DNA of 64,000 nt, from assembly GCA_030649135.1 (NCBI GenBank), contig JAUSGI010000005.1:5754-69753 (forward strand). The letters run 5' to 3'. The translations under genes were made by a program, and so were the position numbers. The notes under the pieces were generated by a model. It searched no databases. It saw only the letters and a list, made by a program, of their open reading frames with translations, and was not told the DNA's origin. This DNA comes from a bacterium (GTDB taxonomy: Bacteria > Patescibacteriota > Minisyncoccia > Phycocordibacterales > Zambryskibacteraceae). This document shows positions 8,219 to 18,449 of the stretch, one piece after another. Position 1 is the stretch's first letter, and each line of letters starts with the position of its first letter.

Positions 8219-9162
8219 AACTGATTCTTGGCGCCGCGGATTTCGAAATGGAGATGCGGACCCGTTGACTTGCCGGTACTGCCGACAGCTCCGATAACTT
8301 GACCCTGCGCCACATTCTGTCCGGACAAAACAATATTTTTACTCATGTGGGCATAAAGCGTCTGGGTACCATTCGTATGGCTAATTACTACATAAAGTCC
8401 GTAACCGCCATTGTATCCGCCGGCACGTGACACAATAACCTTACCGCCAGCCGAGGCGAGGATTGGGGTGCCCGTGGGGGCCGCCAAGTCGACACCATTG
8501 TTGCCGTGAAGGCCTTGACTCTTTCTGCCACCCACTATCGGGCGAAGATAAAATCCTGCATAAGTAGGATAACCTTGAGAGGCCTGTGACCTGGAAGTTC
8601 GGGCTAGGGAAGTCTGGGAAACACTAATGACACCGTCAGGGATAATTACAACATCGCCCGCTTTGAGCTTGGCACCACTTGGAAGGTCGTTATATGAAAG
8701 GATATCGCCGAGATCCGCTTTATATTTGGTGGCTATAGACTTGAGAGTATCGCCGCTTTTTACAGTGTGGCGCACCCCGGAGATGGGCAGGATGACAAGT
8801 TCTTGCCCTTCTTTTATCGAACCCCTCTTGATGTCGTTGGCCCAGACAATAGTGTTGGTGGAAACGCCGAACATCTCGGCAATTTCACTTAGGGTATCGC
8901 CTCGGCGCACAACGTACACACTAATCTGACCGGTGCCGGACTTACCAAGGTCTACGAATACTTCACTATCTCCGCCGTTAGATTCCAGAGCGACACTATC
9001 CACGATGGCGACCCGCGCGCGCCCTGTGCCGGTAGGGTTAATATTTAAATATCCTTCCAAAAGATCCATGGTCTGGGAATTACCGGCATCCACCACTTCC
9101 GGCATACGCAAAACTTCCCCCGCCTGGCTACGCGCTAGGGCGAAGATAGGGAAGGTGACCAA
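8215..9162 (-). CDS. LysM-domain M23 peptidoglycan metalloendopeptidase
   Basis: Two LysM motifs (GDTLSEIA..., GDTLKSIA...) and the M23 signature HNGVDLAAPTGTPI...GSTGKSTGPHLHFEIR. Confidence 0.9.
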   Translation of the reverse strand: MVTFPIFALARSQAGEVLRMPEVVDAGNSQTMDLLEGYLNINPTGTGRARVAIVDSVALESNGGDSEVFVDLGKSGTGQISVYVVRRGDTLSEIAEMFGVSTNTIVWANDIKRGSIKEGQELVILPISGVRHTVKSGDTLKSIATKYKADLGDILSYNDLPSGAKLKAGDVVIIPDGVISVSQTSLARTSRSQASQGYPTYAGFYLRPIVGGRKSQGLHGNNGVDLAAPTGTPILASAGGKVIVSRAGGYNGGYGLYVVISHTNGTQTLYAHMSKNIVLSGQNVAQGQVIGAVGSTGKSTGPHLHFEIRGAKNQF

Positions 9163-9217
9163 TGCAAAAAGTATATATTTGGTCGTTATTTTACTAATAG
9201 AATATGGCTAAACTGCT

Positions 9218-11203
9218 ATGTTTTGTACCAATCTTTCACTAACCATTATAACCTCATATGATATAGTGTCCAGCATGTCGAAACTCTCGGGAAATCTCAA
9301 CTCTCGACAGCAAAAAGCGGTCGCCTCTATAGCGGGACCGGTCTTAATCTTGGCGGGTGCCGGCGCCGGTAAAACCCGCACTATTGCTGAGAGAATCCGC
9401 CACCTTGTTCATGCTGGCGTGGCCCCTTCGGCCATCCTGGCCATTACCTTTACCAACAAGGCGGCCAGGGAGATGCGCGAACGGATAGAGCGGGGATTGA
9501 GAGACAGCCCCGAACAACCTTTTGTCAGCACATTCCACTCTCTGGGGGTATATATCCTGCGAGAACAGTCGGCAAAAGTGGGCATCAAGAAACACTTCAC
9601 TATTTTTGACCGAGACGATAGCAAAAAAGCGGTGAGAGAGGTACTGATAACTCTCGGACTTGACCCGAAGACACATGACCCCGGCCGCATTATGAGCATC
9701 ATTTCGAGAGAAAAGGGTAGGGGTATAGGTACGGAGGCTTATGGCGACAACGAGACACGTGGCTATTTTCAAAACGTGATAGGGCAAGTCTGGCCGGCAT
9801 ACGAGAAACTGCTCGCAAGAGACAACGCGCTTGACTTCGATGACCTGCTTGTCAAAACCATGGGCCTCCTCCGCGACGACCGTGCGGTGCGCGAGCTTTA
9901 CCAAAATATTTGGAAATATATCCATATAGACGAGTACCAGGACACCAACCGAGTCCAATACGAGATTTCAAAAATGTTGGTGGGAGAAAATAAAAATATC
10001 TGCGTGGTAGGGGACATAGACCAGAACATTTATTCTTGGCGTGGCGCGGATATCAAAAATATTCTCGACTTCGAGAAAGATTACCCGAACGCGCAAGTAA
10101 TTACACTAGAAGAAAATTATCGTTCCACCAAAACAATTCTCGAAGCAGCCAAAGTGGTGATAGAAAAAAATAAAATCAGGTTTAAAAAGAATCTTTTCAC
10201 AGATAACCCCGCGGGCGAGAAAATTGGCTTGTTCGGAGGCTTCGATGAATCAAGTGAGGCGGAGTTTATCGCTAGCAGAGCCGAAGTGCTCATCAAACAA
10301 GGGGTGTCGCCGGGAGAAATTGCGGTACTTTTCCGAGCAAACTTCCAGTCGCGAGTACTCGAGGAAGCATTCATGAATCGCGGTATTCCTTACCAACTCC
10401 TCGGCACACGATTCTTCGAACGCAAGGAAATCAAGGACGTAATTTCATATCTGCGTGCCGCCCTTAATCCGGAGAGTCTTTCGGACTTTAAGCGCATCAT
10501 CAACGTGCCGGCGCGCGGTGTCGGCAAGACTACGGTGCTGAAAATATTTGCGGGCAACGAGTCAACCCTGCCACAAACAATGAAAGTCAAACTGACAAGC
10601 TTCAGAAAACTGCTTAACGAAATCGCACAAGTTTCACAAACGAAGAAACCGAGCGAGACTATATCTTTCATTATCAAAGTATCCGGACTGGAACAAGAGT
10701 GGAAAAATAGTGGAGATGAAGGCGTGGCCCGACTCGAGAATGTCTACGAATTGGCAAACTTTGCTTCCCGATACGATAGCTTACCTCCGGAAGAGGGTAT
10801 TTTGAACTTCCTCGCGGATGCGGCGCTTCAGAGCGACCAAGACGAAATGAAGGACGGGGTACCTGCGGTACGTCTAATGACTGTGCACGCTTCCAAAGGT
10901 TTAGAGTTCGATATTGTTTTCGTCACCGGACTTGAAGATGGGCTCTTCCCACACCGGAAGGCAAATGAGGAAGCCATCGGTCAGGAAGAAAGAGAGGAGG
11001 AACGCAGGCTTTTTTATGTCGCGCTCACCCGTGCGCGCAAGAAAGTGTTTCTTTCGTATGCCGAGACACGCACCCTCTTTGGCAGAAGGCAAGTCAATAT
11101 ACCTTCTGAATTTATTTTTGATATTCCCGAAACGTTGGTTGAGGAAGAGTCTTTCGATGAGCATAGTCTACCCAGAAGGCCTCTCCTCCAAATCGATTTC
11201 TAG
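9218..11203 (+). CDS. UvrD/PcrA/Rep-family DNA helicase
   Basis: Helicase motifs AGAGKTRTIAERI, DEYQDTN, VGDIDQNIYSWRGA. The start may be the ATG at 9275. Confidence 0.9.
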   Translation: MFCTNLSLTIITSYDIVSSMSKLSGNLNSRQQKAVASIAGPVLILAGAGAGKTRTIAERIRHLVHAGVAPSAILAITFTNKAAREMRERIERGLRDSPEQPFVSTFHSLGVYILREQSAKVGIKKHFTIFDRDDSKKAVREVLITLGLDPKTHDPGRIMSIISREKGRGIGTEAYGDNETRGYFQNVIGQVWPAYEKLLARDNALDFDDLLVKTMGLLRDDRAVRELYQNIWKYIHIDEYQDTNRVQYEISKMLVGENKNICVVGDIDQNIYSWRGADIKNILDFEKDYPNAQVITLEENYRSTKTILEAAKVVIEKNKIRFKKNLFTDNPAGEKIGLFGGFDESSEAEFIASRAEVLIKQGVSPGEIAVLFRANFQSRVLEEAFMNRGIPYQLLGTRFFERKEIKDVISYLRAALNPESLSDFKRIINVPARGVGKTTVLKIFAGNESTLPQTMKVKLTSFRKLLNEIAQVSQTKKPSETISFIIKVSGLEQEWKNSGDEGVARLENVYELANFASRYDSLPPEEGILNFLADAALQSDQDEMKDGVPAVRLMTVHASKGLEFDIVFVTGLEDGLFPHRKANEEAIGQEEREEERRLFYVALTRARKKVFLSYAETRTLFGRRQVNIPSEFIFDIPETLVEEESFDEHSLPRRPLLQIDF

Positions 11204-11216
11204 TCTCTTACCACAT

Positions 11217-11235
11217 GTCGACTCCGGGAGTCGAC
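11217..11235. repeat. REP-like perfect palindrome GTCGACTCCGGGAGTCGAC (copy 1, upstream of the RAYT gene)
   Basis: 19-bp perfect inverted repeat. Near-identical copies at 11421-11439 and 11890-11908. Confidence 0.7.
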
Positions 11236-11266
11236 AGCAAGCTGATAAAAGGGCTATAATTCAATT

Positions 11267-11920
11267 ATGAGAAACGTAAAACTAGTTGAAAACGAACTTT
11301 ATCACGTGATGAACCGAGGTGTAGATAAAAGGTCAATCTTCCGGGACAAAAACGACCTGGACAGATTTTTTGAGGGAATGCAGAAACTAAATGTGCTGAC
11401 TCCAACTGGGCACTTAGCTCGTCGACTCCCGGAGTCGACAGACAAGAAGCTTGTTAAGTTCATAGCGTATGATTTGAACCCAAACCACTTTCATTTTATC
11501 TTGGAACAGGCTGCAGAAAGAGGCATAGAACGGCTAATGAATCGGCTCTGCATATCGCATTCAAAATATTTTAATCTTAAGTATCATAGGATGGGCACTT
11601 TATTCCAAGGTAGATTCAAAGCAATTCATGTTGATACGAACGAATACCTGCTTCACTTAAGCGCTTATGTGAATCTAAACGATGTAGCACACACCCGCAA
11701 CAGTAAACCGGGACTGTCTAAATCAAGTTGGGTAGAATATATTGGCGAGTCAAGAGAAGAATTTTGCGATAAGTCAATAATACTTGATCAATTTAAAAAT
11801 GGAGGAGAATATAAGAGGTTCGCTGAAAGCACTTTGCGGGACATTATTGATCGAAAGATTTTGCTAGCAGAACTAGAAGACGAATTGATGTCGATTCCCG
11901 GAGTCGACAAGGCGATATGA
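11267..11920 (+). CDS. REP-associated tyrosine transposase (RAYT, IS200/IS605-like Y1 HuH transposase)
   Basis: YHVMNRGVDKRSIF, HuH motif NHFHFILE, LFQGRFKAIHVD, and the catalytic-Tyr region YLLHLSAYVNLN. Flanked by REP-like hairpins. Confidence 0.8.
   Translation: MRNVKLVENELYHVMNRGVDKRSIFRDKNDLDRFFEGMQKLNVLTPTGHLARRLPESTDKKLVKFIAYDLNPNHFHFILEQAAERGIERLMNRLCISHSKYFNLKYHRMGTLFQGRFKAIHVDTNEYLLHLSAYVNLNDVAHTRNSKPGLSKSSWVEYIGESREEFCDKSIILDQFKNGGEYKRFAESTLRDIIDRKILLAELEDELMSIPGVDKAI
11421..11439. repeat. REP-like palindrome copy 2 (GTCGACTCCCGGAGTCGAC) inside the RAYT coding sequence
   Basis: Encodes RRLPESTD within a segment that looks like an extra insertion relative to other Y1 transposases. 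Confidence 0.65.
11890..11908. repeat. REP-like palindrome copy 3 (GTCGATTCCCGGAGTCGAC) at the RAYT 3' end
   Basis: Overlaps the last RAYT codons, just before the ksgA start. Confidence 0.65.
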
Positions 11921-12702
11921 AAGCAAAAAAGTCATTGGGGCAGCATTTTTTGAGAAGCGAGAAAGCCTTGCGCGCAATTGTCGAGACCGGAGACATTAAC
12001 CATGGTGAAACAATCTTGGAAATAGGGCCTGGGCGGGGAGTTCTGACAAAAAAACTCTTGGAGGCCGGCGCGAAAGTAATCGCAGTAGAAAAAGATGACG
12101 AACTCTACGAACTTTTGCGGCAAGTATACGAAAAAGAAATTGAAAACGGGAAACTTGAATTAATTCATGGCGATATTATTGAATTTGATTTGTCTAAGCT
12201 AGCAGCTAAAACCTATAAGCTAGTGGCCAATATTCCATACAATATTACAGGCGCTATTTTAAAAAAATTCCTTGAGACAAATTGTCAGCCGGAGAGAATA
12301 GTGCTTTTGGTACAGAAAGAAGTAGCCAAAAGAATCGTGGCTCAAGACGGCAAAGAAAGCATTCTTTCTGTTTCAGTCAAAGTATATGGGGCACCAAGAT
12401 ATATAGAAACGGTAAAAGCAGGTTCATTTACTCCCATGCCCAAAGTAGATTCGGCTATTATTCTCATAGATAACATTTCCAAAAAATATTTTGCTCATTT
12501 TTCCGAAAAAGATTTTTTTACAACGGTTCGCACTGGATTCAAATCCAAACGCAAAAAACTTTCTTCCAATCTTTCGGCAATATTTGCTAAAGAAAAGGTC
12601 CTGGAAACATTTCGAAAACTGAATTTAGACGAGAATCTGCGAGCCGAGGACGTCGGGATTGAGACTTGGGGAAAACTTGTTACCCACCTGTGCTCTGATT
12701 AG
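11917..12702 (+). CDS. rsmA: 16S rRNA (adenine1518/1519-N6)-dimethyltransferase
   Basis: LGQHFL, ILEIGPGRGVLTKKL and NIPYNIT motifs of KsgA/RsmA. The start overlaps the RAYT stop. Confidence 0.9.
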   Translation: MKAKKSLGQHFLRSEKALRAIVETGDINHGETILEIGPGRGVLTKKLLEAGAKVIAVEKDDELYELLRQVYEKEIENGKLELIHGDIIEFDLSKLAAKTYKLVANIPYNITGAILKKFLETNCQPERIVLLVQKEVAKRIVAQDGKESILSVSVKVYGAPRYIETVKAGSFTPMPKVDSAIILIDNISKKYFAHFSEKDFFTTVRTGFKSKRKKLSSNLSAIFAKEKVLETFRKLNLDENLRAEDVGIETWGKLVTHLCSD

Positions 12703-13072
12703 TACCAACTTTGCCCATGAGACCGAAGGACGGCCAGACTATGCATTCTTCTTCAAGAATCATCCAGCAAGCCTGAACCCCCGGGGTGTAATCCCCCAGA
12801 TGCCAGGTACCAGAGACGCCGATCTCGTAATAACCATAGAGAATAGTGGAGTAAGGGGAATAGACCATGGGGCCGGTAATCACTACCGGCCCACCCAAGT
12901 AAAGCGGAGAAAACCATATCCACATAAAACCGACGGTACAGGTGCACTCCATTTCGAAAGAAACGACGCCACCGAAAGGCAGTAACCCTTGAGCCTTAGC
13001 TGGCGAGGTTGGCAAAAACAACCCTACGAGAGTGAGAGAAATGACGAGTGTAATTAGTTGCTTCCTTTTCAT
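12680..13072 (-). CDS. small secreted Cys/aromatic-rich protein
   Basis: Signal peptide MKRKQLITLVISLTLVGLFLPTSPAKA. The mature part is rich in W/Y/C. Confidence 0.45.
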   Translation of the reverse strand: MKRKQLITLVISLTLVGLFLPTSPAKAQGLLPFGGVVSFEMECTCTVGFMWIWFSPLYLGGPVVITGPMVYSPYSTILYGYYEIGVSGTWHLGDYTPGVQACWMILEEECIVWPSFGLMGKVGTNQSTGG

Positions 13073-14046
13073 ATTATTATTTCGAGCTTATACGGTTCCC
13101 TATTGATACCGTGTTCGTTCTTAACGTAAATCCAGAGCGGTGCTTGATAACCGCCACGGGTAAACTGCTTGATTTTATCGTACATGGAAAGCTCTGTGAT
13201 GCGGAAAGTTAGAGTAGCGCCATTGGAAGATACCGGACCGGATAAATTACCGAGAGTGGTAATGATTTTGTTCGCGGCGGTAAAACCACTACCAACGAGA
13301 GTGACCGTCCCATCCATAGCAGAAGCACTTTCTATTGTTGGCCCCGGCTGGGGTTGACTTGTAACCTTGATGGCAATTTTAATCGCGGGGTTATCAGAAG
13401 AGCCTAATGTGTTGGACACAGAGAGTCTGTATTCGCCCTCGGAAAGACCGGCGGGTACAAACATTTCGATATTAGTGCCATCCGTGGATACGGCGGTAGC
13501 GAGCTGGCTACCGTTAAAATAAATTTTATTGAGAGTTTTGCTGAAGCCGGAACCGTCAAGCACAAGGGTGTCGCCAGACCGCACCTCAAATGGCGAGGCG
13601 CGGAAAAGCATCACCTGGTCAACTCTCATACCGGGCGCGGCAAGAGTGTCGGCTTCAACGCTCGGCAAGAAACTGAACGAGGTGGGCACCACGGGCACGG
13701 GCGCTGGATTTACGGGAGTAGCGGCAACCGGCGCCGATGTGGTCAGCTTAGTATTAAAAGCTTGGCGCGAAATCGGACCGAAGTAACCAACTGCCGGAGC
13801 AATACCGTGAGCACTCTGCCATCCTGCTACCGCTCCTCTAGTCAAATAACCGAAATAACCATAAGAGACGCCCGCCGGCATCTGTAGGTAACCTTTTACT
13901 ACGAGAAACTGCTGGAGAAGAACGACATCAGCGCCCCTGCTTCCAATGGTTAGGTTGGTAGTAAACGTCTCGGCATCTACTGGAGTCGCCAGAACGCCGA
14001 GAGCCAATATTATGGCAAGTAGAACCGAGGGAAAAAAGAATCGCAT
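13069..14046 (-). CDS. secreted peptidoglycan-binding-domain protein
   Basis: Signal peptide, then a PG_binding_1-like motif (GSRGADVVLLQQFL...GYFGPISRQAF), then a beta-rich region. Confidence 0.6.
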   Translation of the reverse strand: MRFFFPSVLLAIILALGVLATPVDAETFTTNLTIGSRGADVVLLQQFLVVKGYLQMPAGVSYGYFGYLTRGAVAGWQSAHGIAPAVGYFGPISRQAFNTKLTTSAPVAATPVNPAPVPVVPTSFSFLPSVEADTLAAPGMRVDQVMLFRASPFEVRSGDTLVLDGSGFSKTLNKIYFNGSQLATAVSTDGTNIEMFVPAGLSEGEYRLSVSNTLGSSDNPAIKIAIKVTSQPQPGPTIESASAMDGTVTLVGSGFTAANKIITTLGNLSGPVSSNGATLTFRITELSMYDKIKQFTRGGYQAPLWIYVKNEHGINREPYKLEIII

Positions 14047-14097
14047 ATCCTCAATTATACACAAAAAGTTGCGGTATCTTCTGATATACTAAAAGCA

Positions 14098-14886
14098 ATG
14101 TCGCGAATCCCGTTTATCAGCGCGCTCTCCATTTCTGTCGCTCTTATTGGTGGAGCGCTGTGGGTTAGATTCTTCCCGACCAACCTACCGCCCGCTCAAA
14201 TAGCCTCCGTTCCGGCAAGCGGGCAACTTTCATCTGCAGATACTTTCGTGGAAGACTTTTATGATGCCGGGGCTTCTCTACCCAGGGCATCAACCAGTAC
14301 ACTATCCCAAGCAGACTTGCTTGGCCGGCGACTGTTTACAGATTTTATGTCGCTTAAATCGCAAGGCCAGACCTCTTCAGACAATATTACCGCTTTAGCC
14401 GATAAATATGCGGAGAGTATCAAGAATACCGAAATATCGACACCTAAAGTAAACCTAAGCCAAATTGTCGTCATTCCTAATTCTGTGGAAAATCTGACCA
14501 GTTATGGCAACTCCATGATAAATATCCGTAATAGGTATAAAAACCTTGTAGCTGCCCAAGATAACGGTGGAAATATTGCGGACATTACCGGCCCAGCCTT
14601 CTCGACCTTTATGGGCTCGGTTGGAAAGTTATACCAAGCATCAGCCAATGAGCTTCTGACCATCGAAGTACCCGAGTCACTTGTTTCAAACCACATGGCC
14701 ATCATCAATAGCTATCTGGAAAGCGCTAAGGTCATGAAATTACTAAGCGACACCGCTAAAGACCCGTTGCAAGCATATGCGGCGCTAAACATTTATGCCC
14801 AGAACACCGGACAGGAATCCGAGTTTCTGCTGAACATTCAAAAAACCCTAATGGCCAATGGTATAATTTCTGGTAGCAGCATATGA
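14098..14886 (+). CDS. hypothetical membrane-anchored protein (first gene of the T4SS-like cluster)
   Basis: N-terminal TM segment. No recognisable domain. Confidence 0.5.
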   Translation: MSRIPFISALSISVALIGGALWVRFFPTNLPPAQIASVPASGQLSSADTFVEDFYDAGASLPRASTSTLSQADLLGRRLFTDFMSLKSQGQTSSDNITALADKYAESIKNTEISTPKVNLSQIVVIPNSVENLTSYGNSMINIRNRYKNLVAAQDNGGNIADITGPAFSTFMGSVGKLYQASANELLTIEVPESLVSNHMAIINSYLESAKVMKLLSDTAKDPLQAYAALNIYAQNTGQESEFLLNIQKTLMANGIISGSSI

Positions 14887-16262
14887 ACTACCGCAATCAT
14901 ATCTTAGCTATTGGCTTCATTGTCCTTGCGCTCATCTCTGTCTTACCCAATAGAGTCATGGCGGTAGATTCTGTCTCCCCGATCCCGGTTGCAGATTCTA
15001 TCGTGCGGGACAAAGAAGCGGGGTTAACTATTTTCGGCTATACCATCCCGGGTCTAACTTGGGATAGTATAGCCATAGCTCTAGCGAAAGTAGTATTGGA
15101 AAAAATATTCCAAGCTACCACAGATTGGGTTAAAAGCGGCTTTGAAGGCAATCCGGCTTATGCGACCGACCCGGCACAATTTTTCACCAATATTGCAGAC
15201 GGTATTGCGGGAGACTTTATCGGGGGTTCGGATCTTGCGTTCTTATGTTCGCCGTTTCAGGTGAAAATCAGACTTGCTCTGCAGAGATACCATACTCAAA
15301 GGCGGCAATTCCAGTGTACTTTGACAGGCATAGTAAAGAATATGGACGCTTTCTATAACGACTTCAGCCAAGGGGGGTGGAACGGATGGTTCTCTATGAC
15401 TCAAAACGATAATAATAACCCTTATGGATCCTTTCTTAAGGCGCAAGTTGAACTCGACTATCGTATCGCAAAAGCCCTGAGTATTAAGGATAAACAACTT
15501 AGTTGGGATAGCGGGTTCTTAGGCTGGTCTGAATGTATCAGAAAAGATGACGAAAATGGGGAATGTTATGAACGCGGACCAACAAAAACGCCAGGGAAAG
15601 TCATTGAGAGTCAGTTCAACGGTAACCTAGGAAGCGCAGTGAGACAACTTGAGCTCGCAGACGAATTTGATGAATTGCTTACTGCTTTGGCCGCACAGCT
15701 CTTGAAACAGGCCGTAGATGCTGTATTTACTAAAAAAGGTCTCTTCAATGAAGGAGGTGGTCCTCCTCCGGTTCCTGTAGCTTTAGGCATTTCTAAATTA
15801 GGTACCGGCGCAGGTACCGTGACCTCAAACCCTGGGGGGATAAACTGCGGCTCGGCATGCTTTGACACCTACAGACTCGGCGCATCAGTCACTCTTACAG
15901 CAATACCATCTGCTGGCTCAATCTTTAGTGGTTGGCCGGGAGCATGCTTCGGCCTAGGCACTTGTGAGGTAACCATGAATACAGATAGGGACATAACGGC
16001 CATGTTTGATTTGAGTATGGCCCTAAGTATTGTCAGATCCGGCACCGGTTCAGGCACGGTAACTTCAGTCCCCGCAGGTATTAATTGTGGCCTTGCCTGT
16101 CGAGCCATTTATCCAGCCGATTCATCAGTCATTATCACTGCCGCGCCAGCTTCCGGCTCGACCTTTGTCAACTGGTCTGGGGGAGGATGCCGCGACGTAG
16201 GGCGCACTTGTGTGGTGCGCATGAGCGTGGACAGAGATATAACGGCCGAATTCGCTAGATGA
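14883..16262 (+). CDS. secreted protein with two C-terminal tandem InlB-B-repeat-like (Listeria-Bacteroides repeat) domains
   Basis: Signal peptide. Two roughly 75-aa tandem repeats, G(T/S)G.GTVTS.P.GINCG..C...Y...S.V..TA.P..GS.F..W.G.C....C.V.M..DRDITA.F. Confidence 0.55.
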   Translation: MNYRNHILAIGFIVLALISVLPNRVMAVDSVSPIPVADSIVRDKEAGLTIFGYTIPGLTWDSIAIALAKVVLEKIFQATTDWVKSGFEGNPAYATDPAQFFTNIADGIAGDFIGGSDLAFLCSPFQVKIRLALQRYHTQRRQFQCTLTGIVKNMDAFYNDFSQGGWNGWFSMTQNDNNNPYGSFLKAQVELDYRIAKALSIKDKQLSWDSGFLGWSECIRKDDENGECYERGPTKTPGKVIESQFNGNLGSAVRQLELADEFDELLTALAAQLLKQAVDAVFTKKGLFNEGGGPPPVPVALGISKLGTGAGTVTSNPGGINCGSACFDTYRLGASVTLTAIPSAGSIFSGWPGACFGLGTCEVTMNTDRDITAMFDLSMALSIVRSGTGSGTVTSVPAGINCGLACRAIYPADSSVIITAAPASGSTFVNWSGGGCRDVGRTCVVRMSVDRDITAEFAR

Positions 16263-18436
16263 AAAAATACTTTCCACATATTTCCGCTTTCATTCTCACC
16301 TTAGTACTTGTCTTCGCGATGAGTGGATTTCTTTTTCCTCAAATTGTGCACGCCGGCGTTTGGGATGTTTTGGAGTGTACAGTATCTCCTTTGGATTGTG
16401 CACTAAGAAATTTCGTTAGTTTTGTAGTGGGTATGATTTTAAAATTGGTTAGTTTGCTCACTGGTTTGGCTGGTATTATTTTGAACGGAGTTATCTTCTA
16501 TACAGTTGTTGACGTATCTAACAACTATGCCAAGATTCCGGCCATTAGCAAAGCTTGGGAAGTCATTCGAGACGTTGCCAATATGGGTTTCATTTTTGTC
16601 TTGCTTTACGCGGCCATAAAAACAATATTGGGTATCGGTAGTGATGTCAAAAAACTTATCGTCAACATTATTGTGGTCGCAATCCTCATAAACTTCAGCC
16701 TCTTCTTCACCAAAATAGTCATAGATATATCCAACATTTTAGCTCTATTCTTCTATGAGGCCATAGCACCGGGAGCCCTGGAGTCTACAAATATCTTAGA
16801 GCAGGCCGGCCTTTCAAATGCTTTTATGCAATACCTGAGTCTTCAGAGTCTTTACAAAGTTGCCGAGATTAAAGGCTTAATGCCTATAATCACTATAGGC
16901 ATAATGGGCTCCATCATGCTTCTTATTGCCTCTTTCATCTTTTTCGCCGTAGCAATTATGTTTATCATCCGCTATGTCGTTCTGATTTTAGTGCTCATCC
17001 TCTCTCCCATAGCATTTATGTCATTTGTCCTGCCTGAACTCAAAAAATATAGAGACCAGTGGTGGAATGCTCTGTCTGGTCAGGCATTCTTCGCACCCAT
17101 ATACTTCATGCTTACTTGGGTAACCCTTGTTGTATTGGGAGGTGTTATAAAGGCAAGCTCGTTTGGCGAAGTGGATAAAACAACAGATGCCCTAGGTAAT
17201 CTAGTCCTGACGGATAATGGGTTAACCTCCCTGTCGGGTGGAGCTTTCGCCATGTTCATAAACTTCGTCGTTATTATTGTCTTTCTCATTACTTCTCTCA
17301 TCATCGCCAAAGAATGGTCCAATAAAGCCGGTCCGGGGGTATCGGGTCTCACCAAGTGGGCCATGGGCGCCGCCGGCGGGGCGACACTTGGTATGGCGGG
17401 TAGGTTTGGGAGGGGAACAATTGGTAGGGCGGGAAGTGCCTTGGGAGAGAGTGAGGAACTGAAGGCGCGGGCAGCACAGGGAGGTATGGGAGGCATGGCA
17501 GCTCGATTAGCTTTGGCAACTGGACGAAGAACTGGTAAAGCAAGTTTTGATGTACGAGGTACTCCTATCGGAGGACAATTAGACGCCGGCAAAGCTCAGA
17601 AAGGTGGATTTGCCCAAGTCCTGAAAGACAGAAATAAAAAAGAGAAAGAATTTGCGGATTCTCTTGGCCCGTCAGATGCACTCATTGCTGAGAAAGAAAG
17701 AGCGATGGAACGAATTGCTGCTACTGAAAGAGCGGCAGGAAGAAGACCGGAAGGAAGTACTGAGTGGTTAGCGGCTCGTGGAGAGGTTGACAAAATGAAA
17801 GGTGTAGATGAAAAAGAGGCAATCAAAAGAATAAGAGACGAGGCAAGAAGAGTGGGAGAAGAAATGTCTGAAGAAGAAGCTAGGAGAGTAGTAAATGAAG
17901 ATAGGGACAGATTTGTTATAAAATCTATAAAAGACGAGCGCAAAGAAGAACGCGTAGAAAGTTTGGAAAGAAGCCCAACTTATATGGCCGCAGAAACCCT
18001 TGAGGCGGGTGGCAGAAGGATTGCTGAAACAAGGCCCGCACAAGCCATAACCAGAGCAGCGGGTAGAACAGCCCAACTGCTTACTGGAGCTGGGGAGAAG
18101 GCAAGTGGAGCAATCGCAAATGTTACCGATATGAGGGGCTTGAGAACGGTGGGAAGATGGGCTGGTGGGGCGGTCAGAGGTGTAATCAACGCCCCGGCTG
18201 AAGCAACGCGTACGGCAGTAGGAGCTGTACGCGAAATTCCTAATATGATTAAAGCCAAGAATCGTGCAGCTATTGCAGAAATCAGAAAAGGCAAAAAACC
18301 AGTCAAGGATCAACTACAGGAAATATTAGAAGCGGAAGGCGAACGCCCAACAGGCGGAGCAGGTGCAACGCCAACAGGAAATGTACCAACCGGAGATGCG
18401 ACCGCAACACCCGGAGGAACACCTCCTACGGCATAA
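16259..18436 (+). CDS. TrbL/VirB6-like polytopic membrane protein with a charged low-complexity C-terminus
   Basis: Signal peptide plus at least six predicted TM helices, followed by a long Ala/Gly/Arg/Glu-rich tail. Positioned in the T4SS cluster upstream of VirB4. Confidence 0.55.
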   Translation: MKKYFPHISAFILTLVLVFAMSGFLFPQIVHAGVWDVLECTVSPLDCALRNFVSFVVGMILKLVSLLTGLAGIILNGVIFYTVVDVSNNYAKIPAISKAWEVIRDVANMGFIFVLLYAAIKTILGIGSDVKKLIVNIIVVAILINFSLFFTKIVIDISNILALFFYEAIAPGALESTNILEQAGLSNAFMQYLSLQSLYKVAEIKGLMPIITIGIMGSIMLLIASFIFFAVAIMFIIRYVVLILVLILSPIAFMSFVLPELKKYRDQWWNALSGQAFFAPIYFMLTWVTLVVLGGVIKASSFGEVDKTTDALGNLVLTDNGLTSLSGGAFAMFINFVVIIVFLITSLIIAKEWSNKAGPGVSGLTKWAMGAAGGATLGMAGRFGRGTIGRAGSALGESEELKARAAQGGMGGMAARLALATGRRTGKASFDVRGTPIGGQLDAGKAQKGGFAQVLKDRNKKEKEFADSLGPSDALIAEKERAMERIAATERAAGRRPEGSTEWLAARGEVDKMKGVDEKEAIKRIRDEARRVGEEMSEEEARRVVNEDRDRFVIKSIKDERKEERVESLERSPTYMAAETLEAGGRRIAETRPAQAITRAAGRTAQLLTGAGEKASGAIANVTDMRGLRTVGRWAGGAVRGVINAPAEATRTAVGAVREIPNMIKAKNRAAIAEIRKGKKPVKDQLQEILEAEGERPTGGAGATPTGNVPTGDATATPGGTPPTA

Positions 18437-18449
18437 CAAATCAATTATT

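Noticed and set aside
9344-9958. Minus-strand 204-aa ORF inside the UvrD helicase gene
   Set aside because: Antisense to a conserved helicase domain. No independent support.
17080-18313. Several minus-strand ORFs (170 aa, 181 aa, 115 aa, 108 aa) in the 3' half of the TrbL-like gene
   Set aside because: They arise from the low-complexity, GC-richer tail region and are antisense to the main ORF.
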